Origin: a virus
Lineage: Duplodnaviria > Caudoviricetes
DNA length: 64,000 nucleotides
IMG/VR virus record: IMGVR_UViG_3300007512_001664
Coordinates: 136,820 to 200,819 of that record
Direction: 5' to 3' (one strand)
The notes below the pieces were generated by a model, which was not told the DNA's origin, did not search any database, and saw nothing but the letters and a program-made list of their open reading frames with translations. The translations under genes were made by a program, and so were the position numbers. Shown one piece after another: positions 39,267 through 49,122 of the stretch (positions are counted from its first letter, which is position 1; each line of letters opens with the position of its first letter).

Positions 39267-39918
39267 TCCAACAATTACAGAGATATTATGTAATTCTACA
39301 TTTGACGGAGTAGTCTTCGATCTCGAACATGGATGCTTTAATAATGAGACATTGTATACCTGTATACAGGTATGTTTACTTAAAAACAAATTATGTTTTA
39401 TTAGAGTTACTTGGCTAGATAAGACTGTTATTAGAATGAGTTTAGATGCTGGTGTGTCAGGAGTTATATTTTCAACAGTACAGAATTATTTTAAAGCTAA
39501 GGAGTATTATAATTACTGTTTTTACCCACCTAAAGGTAGTAGAGGACAAGGTTTAGTCAGAGAAAATGAGTGGGGTAATAAAGATTTTAAAAAACGTGAC
39601 CCTATAGTTGTAGCTCAAATAGAAACACGAACAGGTTTAGATAATATAAGCATTATCGCAGAAGTAGATTTTGATTATTTTATGGTTGGGCCATATGATT
39701 TATCCGCAAGCTTAGGATGTGTTGGTAATTTTGATTCCCCTGTATATAAAACAGCTATAGAAAAATTAAAATCGAAAGTCGGAAATAAACTTGGTTATCA
39801 CATAGTTAAAAATATTGAAGATCAATTAGATATTTACAGAGATTCAGAGTTTTTAGCTTTATCAATGGATACACTTTTTCTTATTGACGGAATAAAGAGG
39901 ATCGAGGACGTAAAGTGA
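39238..39918 (+). CDS. HpcH/HpaI class II pyruvate aldolase
   Basis: FDLEHG, LDAG, YPPKGSRG, QIET, VGPYDLSASLG. Confidence 0.9.
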   Translation: MRLLWQQLPSPTITEILCNSTFDGVVFDLEHGCFNNETLYTCIQVCLLKNKLCFIRVTWLDKTVIRMSLDAGVSGVIFSTVQNYFKAKEYYNYCFYPPKGSRGQGLVRENEWGNKDFKKRDPIVVAQIETRTGLDNISIIAEVDFDYFMVGPYDLSASLGCVGNFDSPVYKTAIEKLKSKVGNKLGYHIVKNIEDQLDIYRDSEFLALSMDTLFLIDGIKRIEDVK

Positions 39919-40352
39919 TTTTAATCTCTCATAGAGGTAATTTAACTGGTAAAAATTCTAAATTAGAGAATAAACCTCTCCAAATTCAAACGGTATTAGA
40001 CTTAGGGTTTCATTGTGAGATAGATGTTTGGTTTATAAACGGCGAATATTTATTAGGACATGATGAACCGAAAATTCGTATTAAGGAGTATGCACTTGAA
40101 CATCCTCATCTATGGTGTCATGCTAAAAATTTAGAAGCATTACAGATGATGTTAAAGAATCGTAACATACATTGCTTTTGGCATGAAACAGATCAATATA
40201 CTATTACTTCGGAGCAATTTATTTGGACGTATCCAGGTAAATACGCTTCAGAAAATTGCATTATTGTAGATAATTCGAAAAACCCTCCTAATTATAATTG
40301 TAAGGGTATTTGCTCCGACTATGTACAATCATATAAAACACGTTATTTTTGA
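39915..40352 (+). CDS. short GDPD/PLC-like phosphodiesterase
   Basis: ISHRGN, LEN, CEIDVW, LGHD, WCHAKN, GICSD. Confidence 0.75.
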   Translation: MILISHRGNLTGKNSKLENKPLQIQTVLDLGFHCEIDVWFINGEYLLGHDEPKIRIKEYALEHPHLWCHAKNLEALQMMLKNRNIHCFWHETDQYTITSEQFIWTYPGKYASENCIIVDNSKNPPNYNCKGICSDYVQSYKTRYF

Positions 40353-41721
40353 TCTCGACGGTGTTTTACTAGATAGTAGAGATTTACATTATTACGCATT
40401 TAATGACGCCTTACGTTCAATTAATGAGTCCTATGTTATTTCTCGAGAAGAGCATCTATCTTCATATGACGGTCATACAACTACCACAAAACTTAAATTG
40501 TTAACTAAGGCCAAGCAGCTTCCAGAGAGCAAGTATGACGAAATTTGGAATCTAAAACAACAATTTACAACCGACCGCCTTCAATCCTTACAAGAGAATT
40601 TAGACTTACAACGGTTATTTAAATTTTTAAAAGATAAAGGATTAAAAATATCTATTGCATCTAATGCAATACGTCAAACAGTGTGGACATGCCTTGATAA
40701 AATAGGAGTACTTAGGTATTGTGATCATGTATTAACTAATGAAGATGTGTTTCTTTGTAAACCTAATGCAGAAATGTATATGAGATGTATGATACACACA
40801 AAGACTAATCCAGATGAAACTGTAATTGTTGAAGATTCTCATACTGGAAGAAAAGGAGCTATTAGAAGTGGTTCTCATCTGTGTCCTGTAACAGGGCCAG
40901 AAGAGGTAACATTTAATTATATAACTAATTTTATTCAAAATAAAGATAAGACTATGGAAGAAATAAAACCTAAATGGCTAGGTGGTGATATGAATGTATT
41001 AATTCCCATGGCTGGTGCTGGTACGCGGTTTGAAAAAGCTGGTTACACCTTTCCAAAGCCGTTAGTTGATGTAAATGGTAAACCGATGATACAGACGGTG
41101 GTCGATAATTTAAATATTGAAGCCAATTATATTTTTATTGTCCAAAAATCTCATTATGAGAAATATCATTTACAAACAGTACTAGAAAACATAGTACCGA
41201 AATGCACAATTGTACAAGTTGAAGGTATAACAGAGGGTGCGGCATGTACTACTCTATTAGCTAAAGAGTTTATTAATAATGATAAACCGTTAATTATGGC
41301 TAATTCTGATCAATATGTAGATTGGGATAGTAATGAATTTATGTATTCTATGGTCGGAGATAACGTGGATGGTGGTATTTTAACTTTTAAATCTACACAT
41401 CCTAAATGGAGTTATGCAAGATTAGGAGATAACGGGTTTGTTACAGAGGTCGCTGAAAAGAAACCTATATCTAATATTGCTACAGTTGGTATTTATTATT
41501 GGTCTAAAGGGTCCGATTATGTAAAATATGCTGAGCAAATGATAGATAAAAATATTAGGACAAATAATGAATTTTATGTTTGTCCTGTGTTTAACGAAGC
41601 TATAGAAGATGGAAAAAATATTAAAATTTTTGATGTACCGAAAATGTGGGGTCTAGGTACCCCGGAGGATTTGAATAATTTTATATCTAATTATGAAAGT
41701 ATGCGCGACAATTCCAATTAA
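40321..41721 (+). CDS. HAD phosphatase fused to a sugar-phosphate nucleotidyltransferase
   Basis: IFDLDGVL, KPNA, VEDS..G (HAD); IPMAGAGTRF, PKPLVDV, NSDQ, EKKPIS, GLGTPED (NTP transferase). Confidence 0.88.
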   Translation: MYNHIKHVIFDLDGVLLDSRDLHYYAFNDALRSINESYVISREEHLSSYDGHTTTTKLKLLTKAKQLPESKYDEIWNLKQQFTTDRLQSLQENLDLQRLFKFLKDKGLKISIASNAIRQTVWTCLDKIGVLRYCDHVLTNEDVFLCKPNAEMYMRCMIHTKTNPDETVIVEDSHTGRKGAIRSGSHLCPVTGPEEVTFNYITNFIQNKDKTMEEIKPKWLGGDMNVLIPMAGAGTRFEKAGYTFPKPLVDVNGKPMIQTVVDNLNIEANYIFIVQKSHYEKYHLQTVLENIVPKCTIVQVEGITEGAACTTLLAKEFINNDKPLIMANSDQYVDWDSNEFMYSMVGDNVDGGILTFKSTHPKWSYARLGDNGFVTEVAEKKPISNIATVGIYYWSKGSDYVKYAEQMIDKNIRTNNEFYVCPVFNEAIEDGKNIKIFDVPKMWGLGTPEDLNNFISNYESMRDNSN

Positions 41722-42337
41722 AAGTAATTCTACTAGAGTAAAGGATAAGAATTTTAAAGATTTAGGAGGTAAGCCTTTATATCAGTATATTATTGATCAT
41801 TGCATACAAGCAGAATGTTTTGATGATATATATGTAGATACTGATAGTCCTGAGATTAATAGTTATTGTGTAAAAAATCAGGTAATATGCATTAAACGTA
41901 AACCTGAACTCACATTAGACACTGCAAATGGTAATGATGTCTTTCACTATGATATAGATTTTATAGGGCATTACGATTTTTACTTTCAATTATATGCTAC
42001 AGCACCATTTTTAAAGCCAGAAACTATTAGAGAGTGTGTAGATAAGTTAACTCATAGTTCAAAGCATGATTCTATACTTACAGCTACAGAAGAATTTGGG
42101 TGGTTTTGGCATAAAGATCAACCTGTAAATTATCAGCCTAATATCTTACCTAGATCTCAAGATGCTACACCTGTTATAAAGGAGACAACCGGTTTATATG
42201 GTATATCGAAAAGCGCATATGATAGGTTTAGATGTCGTGTAGGTGCTACTCCGTATTTCTATATAATTAATGATAGAGCAGAGTGTATTGATTTAGATAC
42301 AAATGAAGATTTTAGTTTAGCAGAGAACATGTTATAA
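41693..42337 (+). CDS. neuA: acylneuraminate/ulosonate cytidylyltransferase (NeuA-like) 2
   Basis: IPIKSNSTRVKDKN, VDTDS, ATAPF, PRSQD, ETTGLY, DLDTNEDF. Confidence 0.85.
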   Translation: MKVCATIPIKSNSTRVKDKNFKDLGGKPLYQYIIDHCIQAECFDDIYVDTDSPEINSYCVKNQVICIKRKPELTLDTANGNDVFHYDIDFIGHYDFYFQLYATAPFLKPETIRECVDKLTHSSKHDSILTATEEFGWFWHKDQPVNYQPNILPRSQDATPVIKETTGLYGISKSAYDRFRCRVGATPYFYIINDRAECIDLDTNEDFSLAENML

Positions 42338-42343
42338 GAATAT

Positions 42344-42940
42344 ATGGAAATTATTAATAATACAGATCCGAATATAGTAAGAAAAACATATGAGTGGTTC
42401 GATCAGCACACACGCTATGGTTCATCTTTTCACGGTGAGTCATTATTGCCGATTGTAAAATCATTAAAAAATGTTAATTCTGTTTTAGATATCGGAACTG
42501 GTCGCGGAGACTTTTGTAATTGGGCTATTGAAAATTTATGTCAAGACGTTACAGGCTTGGATTTTGCTATTACCCCGAATCCAAATTATTTAAATAAAAA
42601 TATTAAATTTATTAAAAATACATCACACGAAATACCATTGCTAGATAACTCTGTTGATCTTGTGGTTTCGTTTGATGTATTAGAACATATAAGACCAGAA
42701 GATATAACAGAAACAATAAAAGAGTTTTCTAGAGTAACAAAAAAATACATGCTACATAAAATATCTTCAACCGCCGCATCAGCAGAATATGGAAAAAATA
42801 ATCCGCATATACAAGAAATCGGTAACTTGCATCTTATACAGCAATCCCGTGGTTGGTGGTTTAATAAATTTAAAGAGTATATTCCTAATTCATCTATATA
42901 CAGATTGGATCGTTGTTTATTTGTAGTTAAAGATGTATAA
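42344..42940 (+). CDS. class I SAM-dependent methyltransferase
   Basis: VLDIGTGRG, GLDF, DLVVSFDVLEHI. Confidence 0.88.
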   Translation: MEIINNTDPNIVRKTYEWFDQHTRYGSSFHGESLLPIVKSLKNVNSVLDIGTGRGDFCNWAIENLCQDVTGLDFAITPNPNYLNKNIKFIKNTSHEIPLLDNSVDLVVSFDVLEHIRPEDITETIKEFSRVTKKYMLHKISSTAASAEYGKNNPHIQEIGNLHLIQQSRGWWFNKFKEYIPNSSIYRLDRCLFVVKDV

Positions 42941-43610
42941 AGCGTGTTGTATTACTAGTATTACGGGTGATAGGTCTAAATTAGTTGATCCGCTATTTGT
43001 TCATCCTAATATCGATTATTTTGCGTTCGTCGATAAAACATATAATAATATAAAAGTATGGAACCAAAAAAAGATTTATGATTTTAGCACTATAGATAAT
43101 TATTCAAATAGGAGAAATGCAAAGATATATAAAATTTTACCTCACCTATTTTTACCTGGGTATGATTATTATATATGGTGTGACGCAAACTGTATTTTTA
43201 AGGAAGACCCGGTTAAATTAATTGAACAGTACTCTGTTGACGCTATATTTTTTTATCATTATAGATATAATACTATTTTTAATGATATAGAAAAAATAAT
43301 TAAGCGCAAGAAAGATCATTTAATTAATATAGATAATTATATAGAATTTTTATCTAATTCTAATTACATAGACGATATGCTCTTACAATTTTCTATGTTT
43401 ATTACTACTAATAGTCATGAAAGTATGTTAATGAGATTAATTTGGTGGGAATTAATATGTAAATTTTCTTCTCGTGATCAAATCTCAGGACCGTATGCTA
43501 TAAAAAAATCAAAAATTAGTTATCACATAATTAAACAGTCTTTAGGGCATGTAACACCATTAAGTAGTAATAATATAGGTATAAAATTTAACCCAAGCAA
43601 GCATGATTAA
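42933..43610 (+). CDS. DUF616 (MUCI70/TOD1-like) putative glycosyltransferase
   Basis: TSITG..D, RRNAKIYKILPHLFLP.YDY.IWCDAN, SRDQIS. Confidence 0.78.
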   Translation: MYKACCITSITGDRSKLVDPLFVHPNIDYFAFVDKTYNNIKVWNQKKIYDFSTIDNYSNRRNAKIYKILPHLFLPGYDYYIWCDANCIFKEDPVKLIEQYSVDAIFFYHYRYNTIFNDIEKIIKRKKDHLINIDNYIEFLSNSNYIDDMLLQFSMFITTNSHESMLMRLIWWELICKFSSRDQISGPYAIKKSKISYHIIKQSLGHVTPLSSNNIGIKFNPSKHD

Positions 43611-44448
43611 AATATGTCATATACGTGGTACACCGGAATATTGGAAGCATGAAAATCTTCCTAGAATTTCAGGTTGTCCTTCAGAAGAAAATAGAGACTT
43701 AATGTATAAATGTTGGAAAGAATATTTTAACATACCGTATCAAGAATTTAAATTACGCATAAGAGAAGCGACTATAAACTATATTAAAGAATTAAATCAA
43801 TTTGATGTTATTTTATATAACAATGAACTGTATCGTGATTTTTTAAAAAATAATAAAATTGATAATATAATGCTATATAGTCAAGACGATGATGATATAT
43901 TATACTTTATACCGGACCATATATCTCCCGGTATGAACATTTATAATTATAGTTATATTGATATAACAAATACTAAAAGACTTGACTATGAATTGGATGA
44001 TAATTTTTGTACGTTTCTTCCTAAAAAATTACAATCAAATCATGCAATATATTTTGTGTTAAATGAGCCAGATTTTATTCAAAACATAAAATCATATGGT
44101 TATATTCGCGCTCATACTATTTATGATTCATACAAAGAGTGTTTAATAGAAAAAAATGTACATATTTCTTATCATGACTATTTTTTTACAACCCAATTTT
44201 ATCATTTAACTAGCTTATCTTTATGGAAAAATATTGCTGGTACTAGTAAAACATCTAGGCATATTAGAGAGTATTTTTTTGAGAAAAAGCAGTTCGATAG
44301 AGATTGTATTTTTAAAATATTTGATTGTTATATAGATTTTATAAAAAAATTTAATATACCAAGACAATTGAACGACGTAAAATATAAAAAAGGAGCGGAG
44401 TTAATTAATACATTTAAAAATCTATACATTGATGTAAGTACTTTATAA
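43603..44448 (+). CDS. hypothetical protein, possibly glycosyltransferase-like
   Basis: Only a QDDDD acidic motif and the island context. Confidence 0.45.
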   Translation: MIKICHIRGTPEYWKHENLPRISGCPSEENRDLMYKCWKEYFNIPYQEFKLRIREATINYIKELNQFDVILYNNELYRDFLKNNKIDNIMLYSQDDDDILYFIPDHISPGMNIYNYSYIDITNTKRLDYELDDNFCTFLPKKLQSNHAIYFVLNEPDFIQNIKSYGYIRAHTIYDSYKECLIEKNVHISYHDYFFTTQFYHLTSLSLWKNIAGTSKTSRHIREYFFEKKQFDRDCIFKIFDCYIDFIKKFNIPRQLNDVKYKKGAELINTFKNLYIDVSTL

Positions 44449-45575
44449 TGAAAATAGCTATTTTATGTTTTGGTCAGCCTAGATTTTTAGATCTAACACA
44501 TGAATATATTAAGCAGGAATTTAATATGCCCGGTCATGATGTCGATTACTTCTTCCATCTATGGAGAGGTGTAGGTTATAACCCAGAAGATTCAATTAAT
44601 AGTACATATGACACAGTACCAGATCTTGATAAGCTAGTTCAGAGCTTTAATCCAAAAATGTGGATTCTCGAGGATTATAAATCTACCGGTTGTCAGATTA
44701 TGTTTGAAAAACATAGGAAGTGGCGCTGGAAAGATCAACATTCATTGGTAGATCTGTGTAATGCTTGGAGTGTTATGAATGATTTTGTTAGTTATAATAG
44801 AGATACTCCTATACCTAATTCCAAACGATTGGAGTATTTCTTCGGACAACATTACAGTATACAAAAATGTTTTAATTTAATTGAACAGTACGAAGAGTTA
44901 AATGGTTTTAAATATGACATTGTAATAAAAATTAGAACAGATATAGTCTATAGAACGCCTAATTTATATAAATCTCCAGAGGTGTATGATTTGCATAAAG
45001 TAGAACATTATACAGATTTTCCTACGGATTATCCTTGTATTAATGTTAAAGGATTACGTATTAATAGATTACAGATAAAAGAGAATACATGGAAAGGTCA
45101 AGATATATCATGTTTTTATAAAGGAAAGTATAGTTTACCGGATGAAGATTATGCTAAGAAGAAAAAATCTATTAAATTTGATTTAAATACACGGTTATGT
45201 TTTAACGACTGGACTATTATCGCTAATCGAGCGGCAGCTCATTATTATTTTGGTAGATGGTTTGAGACATATTTAATAACTTATGGAGAAGATTTATTGT
45301 ATCGTAAAGACAGATATTGGTATAAAAGTCAATCTGATCATACCCTTCAAGGTCATATAGCTTTATATAATGACATTAAAGTTAACAGAGTCAATAGACG
45401 AGATATGAAACTGGTCAGAGAAGATAAACTTGAAGGAGAAAAATCTAAAGATAGTTTATCTAATAAAGCCGTAGTACCGTCGAATAATGAAATAGATCTC
45501 GATAGTTGGATATGGGATAGATGGAAACCAAAAACAAAAACAAAATCAGATTGGACAGTTCAGCAAAAAAAATAA
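44448..45575 (+). CDS. GQPR-family paralog 1 (putative GT-A-like protein)
   Basis: MKIAILCFGQPRF, FFHLW, FFGQHYS, KYDIVIKIRTD. Confidence 0.7.
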   Translation: MKIAILCFGQPRFLDLTHEYIKQEFNMPGHDVDYFFHLWRGVGYNPEDSINSTYDTVPDLDKLVQSFNPKMWILEDYKSTGCQIMFEKHRKWRWKDQHSLVDLCNAWSVMNDFVSYNRDTPIPNSKRLEYFFGQHYSIQKCFNLIEQYEELNGFKYDIVIKIRTDIVYRTPNLYKSPEVYDLHKVEHYTDFPTDYPCINVKGLRINRLQIKENTWKGQDISCFYKGKYSLPDEDYAKKKKSIKFDLNTRLCFNDWTIIANRAAAHYYFGRWFETYLITYGEDLLYRKDRYWYKSQSDHTLQGHIALYNDIKVNRVNRRDMKLVREDKLEGEKSKDSLSNKAVVPSNNEIDLDSWIWDRWKPKTKTKSDWTVQQKK

Positions 45576-46576
45576 AAATTGCTATTTTACTATATGGTCA
45601 GCCTCGCTTTTTTGAGCATACATATAAAAACATACAAGAGGCGTATACTATAGACGGGTGTGAAACCGATTTTTTTGCTCATTTCTGGGAAGATGTTGGG
45701 TTTTATCCTGGTGACGACTATACAGATACATATATAAGGACTAAAGAGAGAGTAGAGAAGTGCCTTATAGATTTACAGGTTAAAGATTATATACAAGAAG
45801 ATTATACTGAGTTAGATCTCCTTGGTGATTCGCAAAAGATAATATATGATTTTTTAACTCAGTCGCGCCGTGACATTTCTCGAATCCGTCCAGTTACTAA
45901 TACACGAGGCCGGTATCATTATGGACAACACTTGAGTTTACATAAATGTTTTTGCTTAATGGAGAAATTTGAACGTCGAAAGAACTTTAAGTATGATGTC
46001 GTTATAAAGGTTCGTAGTGATTGGATCTATTCACCTAGTGACTCCATTACAAAATATAAAGCATATATTGAAAAATTAGTTGAACCTAATTTCATGAAGT
46101 TCGAATGCAAACGACTTACGACTCTTAGTCTCAAAAAATATGACTTACGTACGAAAACAGAATATCATTTATAAAAAGCGGATTGTAAAAAGGCTGATCT
46201 ACACAATTGTGTGATATCTATATCTGATATTTTTATTAATTGTAGTCGAGGCGCCGCGAAGTATATTTTTAAAGATTGGTTATTTTATTATAATTATCTT
46301 CAATGCATATACACCCATAATTATGGTTCTTTAAAAAATATACTCGAAGAAAAAGAAAAATCATATAATAAAATTAATCGTATTTTAGGCGATATTTGTA
46401 TGATAAATGGTATCGGAGCTTTTAAGTGTTCAAAATCAAGTATAAAAATTCATCGACTTATGTTAAAGGATAAATGTAAGAAAAAATGGGTGAACTCTAG
46501 GCGTCGTATAGTCTTACCGGATTTGAATTGTAATATACCACAATATATCGAACAAGCTTTACATGAAAACAAATGA
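45572..46576 (+). pseudogene. GQPR-family paralog 2, with ATA start and in-frame TAA at 46172-46174
   Basis: Tracked ORFs 45521-46174 and 46211-46576 are in the same frame and separated only by one TAA. The second half matches the C termini of the paralogs. Confidence 0.7.
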
Positions 46577-47165
46577 CATAATAATAGTCCCTAAAGTTCC
46601 TAAATGGGAGTCTCATAAAACAGAAGGAGAAGTCATTGGTCCATGTAAAACTCGAAAAGATATAGGAGCATTATGTCAAAAACTAGGTTGTAACAAGCGT
46701 GGTGTTGAATTAGGTGTGGCAAAAGGTAATTTCACATTTCAAGTACATAAGTATTTTGATCAGTTTTGGAGCATTGATAGTTGGTGTGATGTGCGACATG
46801 ATACTAAACAATATGAGCGATTTAAACGCAAGATATCACGCAAAAAAATTACAAATATTAATGTAGTTCGCTCTGATTTTAACACAGTAGTTAAATCGTT
46901 TGACGATTATTTTTTTGATTTTATTTATATTGACGGTTATGCTAAAGCCCATCATCAATTACGACTTAATTTAAAAAATTGGTTTATTAAACTAACTCCA
47001 GGAGGTATTTTCTCAGGTCATGACTGGCAATATCCACACGTACAGGAGATTATTAATGAGTTCGCAATTGATAAAAAATTAAATTTAAATGTTACCGGTG
47101 AACAGCATTATGGTTTGTCTGGTAGAATAAACACAAAAGGTCCTACATGGTGGTTTAAAACATGA
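46563..47165 (+). CDS. class I SAM-dependent methyltransferase (Methyltransf_24-like)
   Basis: GVELGVAKG, SIDSW, FDFIYIDG, GGIFSGHDW. Confidence 0.87.
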   Translation: MKTNDIIIVPKVPKWESHKTEGEVIGPCKTRKDIGALCQKLGCNKRGVELGVAKGNFTFQVHKYFDQFWSIDSWCDVRHDTKQYERFKRKISRKKITNINVVRSDFNTVVKSFDDYFFDFIYIDGYAKAHHQLRLNLKNWFIKLTPGGIFSGHDWQYPHVQEIINEFAIDKKLNLNVTGEQHYGLSGRINTKGPTWWFKT

Positions 47166-48091
47166 AAATTGCTATTTTACTACACGGTCAGCCTCGTTTT
47201 TTTAAATATACTTATAAGAGAATAAAAGAAGAGTTTAATTTACCTGGTGTAGAGTTTAATTTTTTCGCTCATTTTTGGGATAAAGTAGGGTATACTCCCG
47301 CGAGCACTGAGACTAATATTATAGATTTAATTCCTTTATTGGAGCAGTTAAATATAAAAAAATATTTAATTACTAATTACGACAAATTAAATACTATTAC
47401 TTCTTCAAATGAAGTCGTTAGATCTCTTGCTAAAGGTAATATATCAATAAAACCATTTAATCCCGATAATAGGTATCACTACGGTCAATATGTTAGTTTA
47501 TTAGAGGTTTTTAATCTAATGGAGCAATACGAACGTGATAATGATATAAAATATGATATCGTTATAAAAGTTCGTAGCGACTGGGTATATAAAGATAAGA
47601 GTTGTTATACATCAGAGTTAGACTATCTTACGGCAAAGAAAGAAAATTATCTTTTCTCTGATGTGAGCAGAAAAATGATAAGAACAACATATGTAAATAA
47701 GAAAATTTATAATAATAAAGAATATGTAAGGAGCTTTGACCCGTATATTATAGCAACACGCCCAGCAGCGCCTTGTTTTTTTAAATATTGGTTTTTAGCT
47801 AATCTTAATGCCTTAATTAAAGATGTTTTGGTTCCTATAGATATTAAATTACATGTAAAGCACGATTTTATGATTGGAGAAATTGCTAATTTATTCGACA
47901 TACAAGTCGAAGAGATTACTTTAAATTATGGAATTGGTAGATGTCATAGAGTAGTTAATTTTGAAGATTGTAAGAAATTTTGGATTACAGATGATAAGAA
48001 TATATCTATTATATTACCTACTTTGCAGTGTAATGTTAAAGAAGAAATACAAAAACAATTATTAACAATAAACCAAAGGAAATCAAAATGA
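47162..48091 (+). CDS. GQPR-family paralog 3
   Basis: MKIAILLHGQPRF, FFAHFWD, YHYGQYVS, KYDIVIKVRSD. Confidence 0.7.
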   Translation: MKIAILLHGQPRFFKYTYKRIKEEFNLPGVEFNFFAHFWDKVGYTPASTETNIIDLIPLLEQLNIKKYLITNYDKLNTITSSNEVVRSLAKGNISIKPFNPDNRYHYGQYVSLLEVFNLMEQYERDNDIKYDIVIKVRSDWVYKDKSCYTSELDYLTAKKENYLFSDVSRKMIRTTYVNKKIYNNKEYVRSFDPYIIATRPAAPCFFKYWFLANLNALIKDVLVPIDIKLHVKHDFMIGEIANLFDIQVEEITLNYGIGRCHRVVNFEDCKKFWITDDKNISIILPTLQCNVKEEIQKQLLTINQRKSK

Positions 48092-49122
48092 GAATAGCAG
48101 TTTTATTATATGGACAGCCTCGCTTTTTTGAGCAAACATGGCAATATTTAAAAGAAGAGTTTAATCTACCCGGTGTAGAATTTGATTTTTTCGCTCATTT
48201 TTGGAAAGGTGTTGGTTTTTCACCGAAAGACGATAAACAATTACGGTATATTGATAATTGTAGTTTAGTTAAAGATCGATTAACTAAATTAAATGTAAAA
48301 AAACAGTTGATCGAAGACTATAAACGTTTAGACGTCTTGTGTAAAACGTTTAACACTGTTCATAACTTTCTATTAAAGGGAAGCTTTAAAGAAGTATCTA
48401 ATCCACTAGGGTATCGATATTATCTAGGTCAATATGTCAGTGTGTATAATGCACATTGCCTAATGGAGGAATATGAGGTTGAAAACAAGTTTAAATATGA
48501 CGTTGTAGTTAAGGCTCGGTCTGATTTTATTTATAAAGATCGACGGTTTTATAAATCTGACGAAGAATATTTAGCTGCGAAGCGAGAAAATTATGTAGAT
48601 AATTTTGAAGAAAATAAACATAAAAGATTTGCTAAGACTATTGATATAATTTATAAAAAATGGCTTCCATTTAACGACCCTCCGCAGTGGACAACATATA
48701 AAAAGATTGATTATTTTAAAAAAGATTGTATGGTACAAAACCGAGATAGACATAATATCTTAAGAATGGGAGATGTAAATATAGCGACTAACAGATTAGC
48801 ATCGGATTGCTTTTTTAAGTATTTTTTCACTACCACTTTTTGTACATTAGCTAATGATATACATAATCATAATACAGATCAATTATTAATATACAAAAGA
48901 CATGATGCTATGTTTGGCGATATTGCTATATTGTTTGACATAGAAGTTAAAAGAATTAAGAGATGTAGATATTTTAGGGTGGCGTATTTAAATAGTTGTA
49001 AGGAAACTTGGCTAAGAAATAAACACGGCACTATAGTTATAGATGATTTAAATTCAGACATATATGACGAAATAGAAGTGCAATTAAACCGTAACAAATG
49101 GATTCTTAAATATGGGATGTAA
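48088..49122 (+). CDS. GQPR-family paralog 4
   Basis: MRIAVLLYGQPRF, FFAHFW, YYLGQYVS, KYDVVVKARSD. Confidence 0.7.
   Translation: MRIAVLLYGQPRFFEQTWQYLKEEFNLPGVEFDFFAHFWKGVGFSPKDDKQLRYIDNCSLVKDRLTKLNVKKQLIEDYKRLDVLCKTFNTVHNFLLKGSFKEVSNPLGYRYYLGQYVSVYNAHCLMEEYEVENKFKYDVVVKARSDFIYKDRRFYKSDEEYLAAKRENYVDNFEENKHKRFAKTIDIIYKKWLPFNDPPQWTTYKKIDYFKKDCMVQNRDRHNILRMGDVNIATNRLASDCFFKYFFTTTFCTLANDIHNHNTDQLLIYKRHDAMFGDIAILFDIEVKRIKRCRYFRVAYLNSCKETWLRNKHGTIVIDDLNSDIYDEIEVQLNRNKWILKYGM

Noticed and set aside
43603-44448. This ORF or 58359-59171 as the missing DpdA/TGT
   Set aside because: No TGT-like DSG or zinc-binding motifs; acidic DxD-like motifs and context fit glyco enzymes better.
46172-46174. Genome-wide stop-codon reassignment
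   Set aside because: Conserved genes are full length in code 11; TAA, TGA and TAG all end genes (TAG at 38526, 53252, 56896, 63817). The single internal stop is TAA, the commonest terminator.
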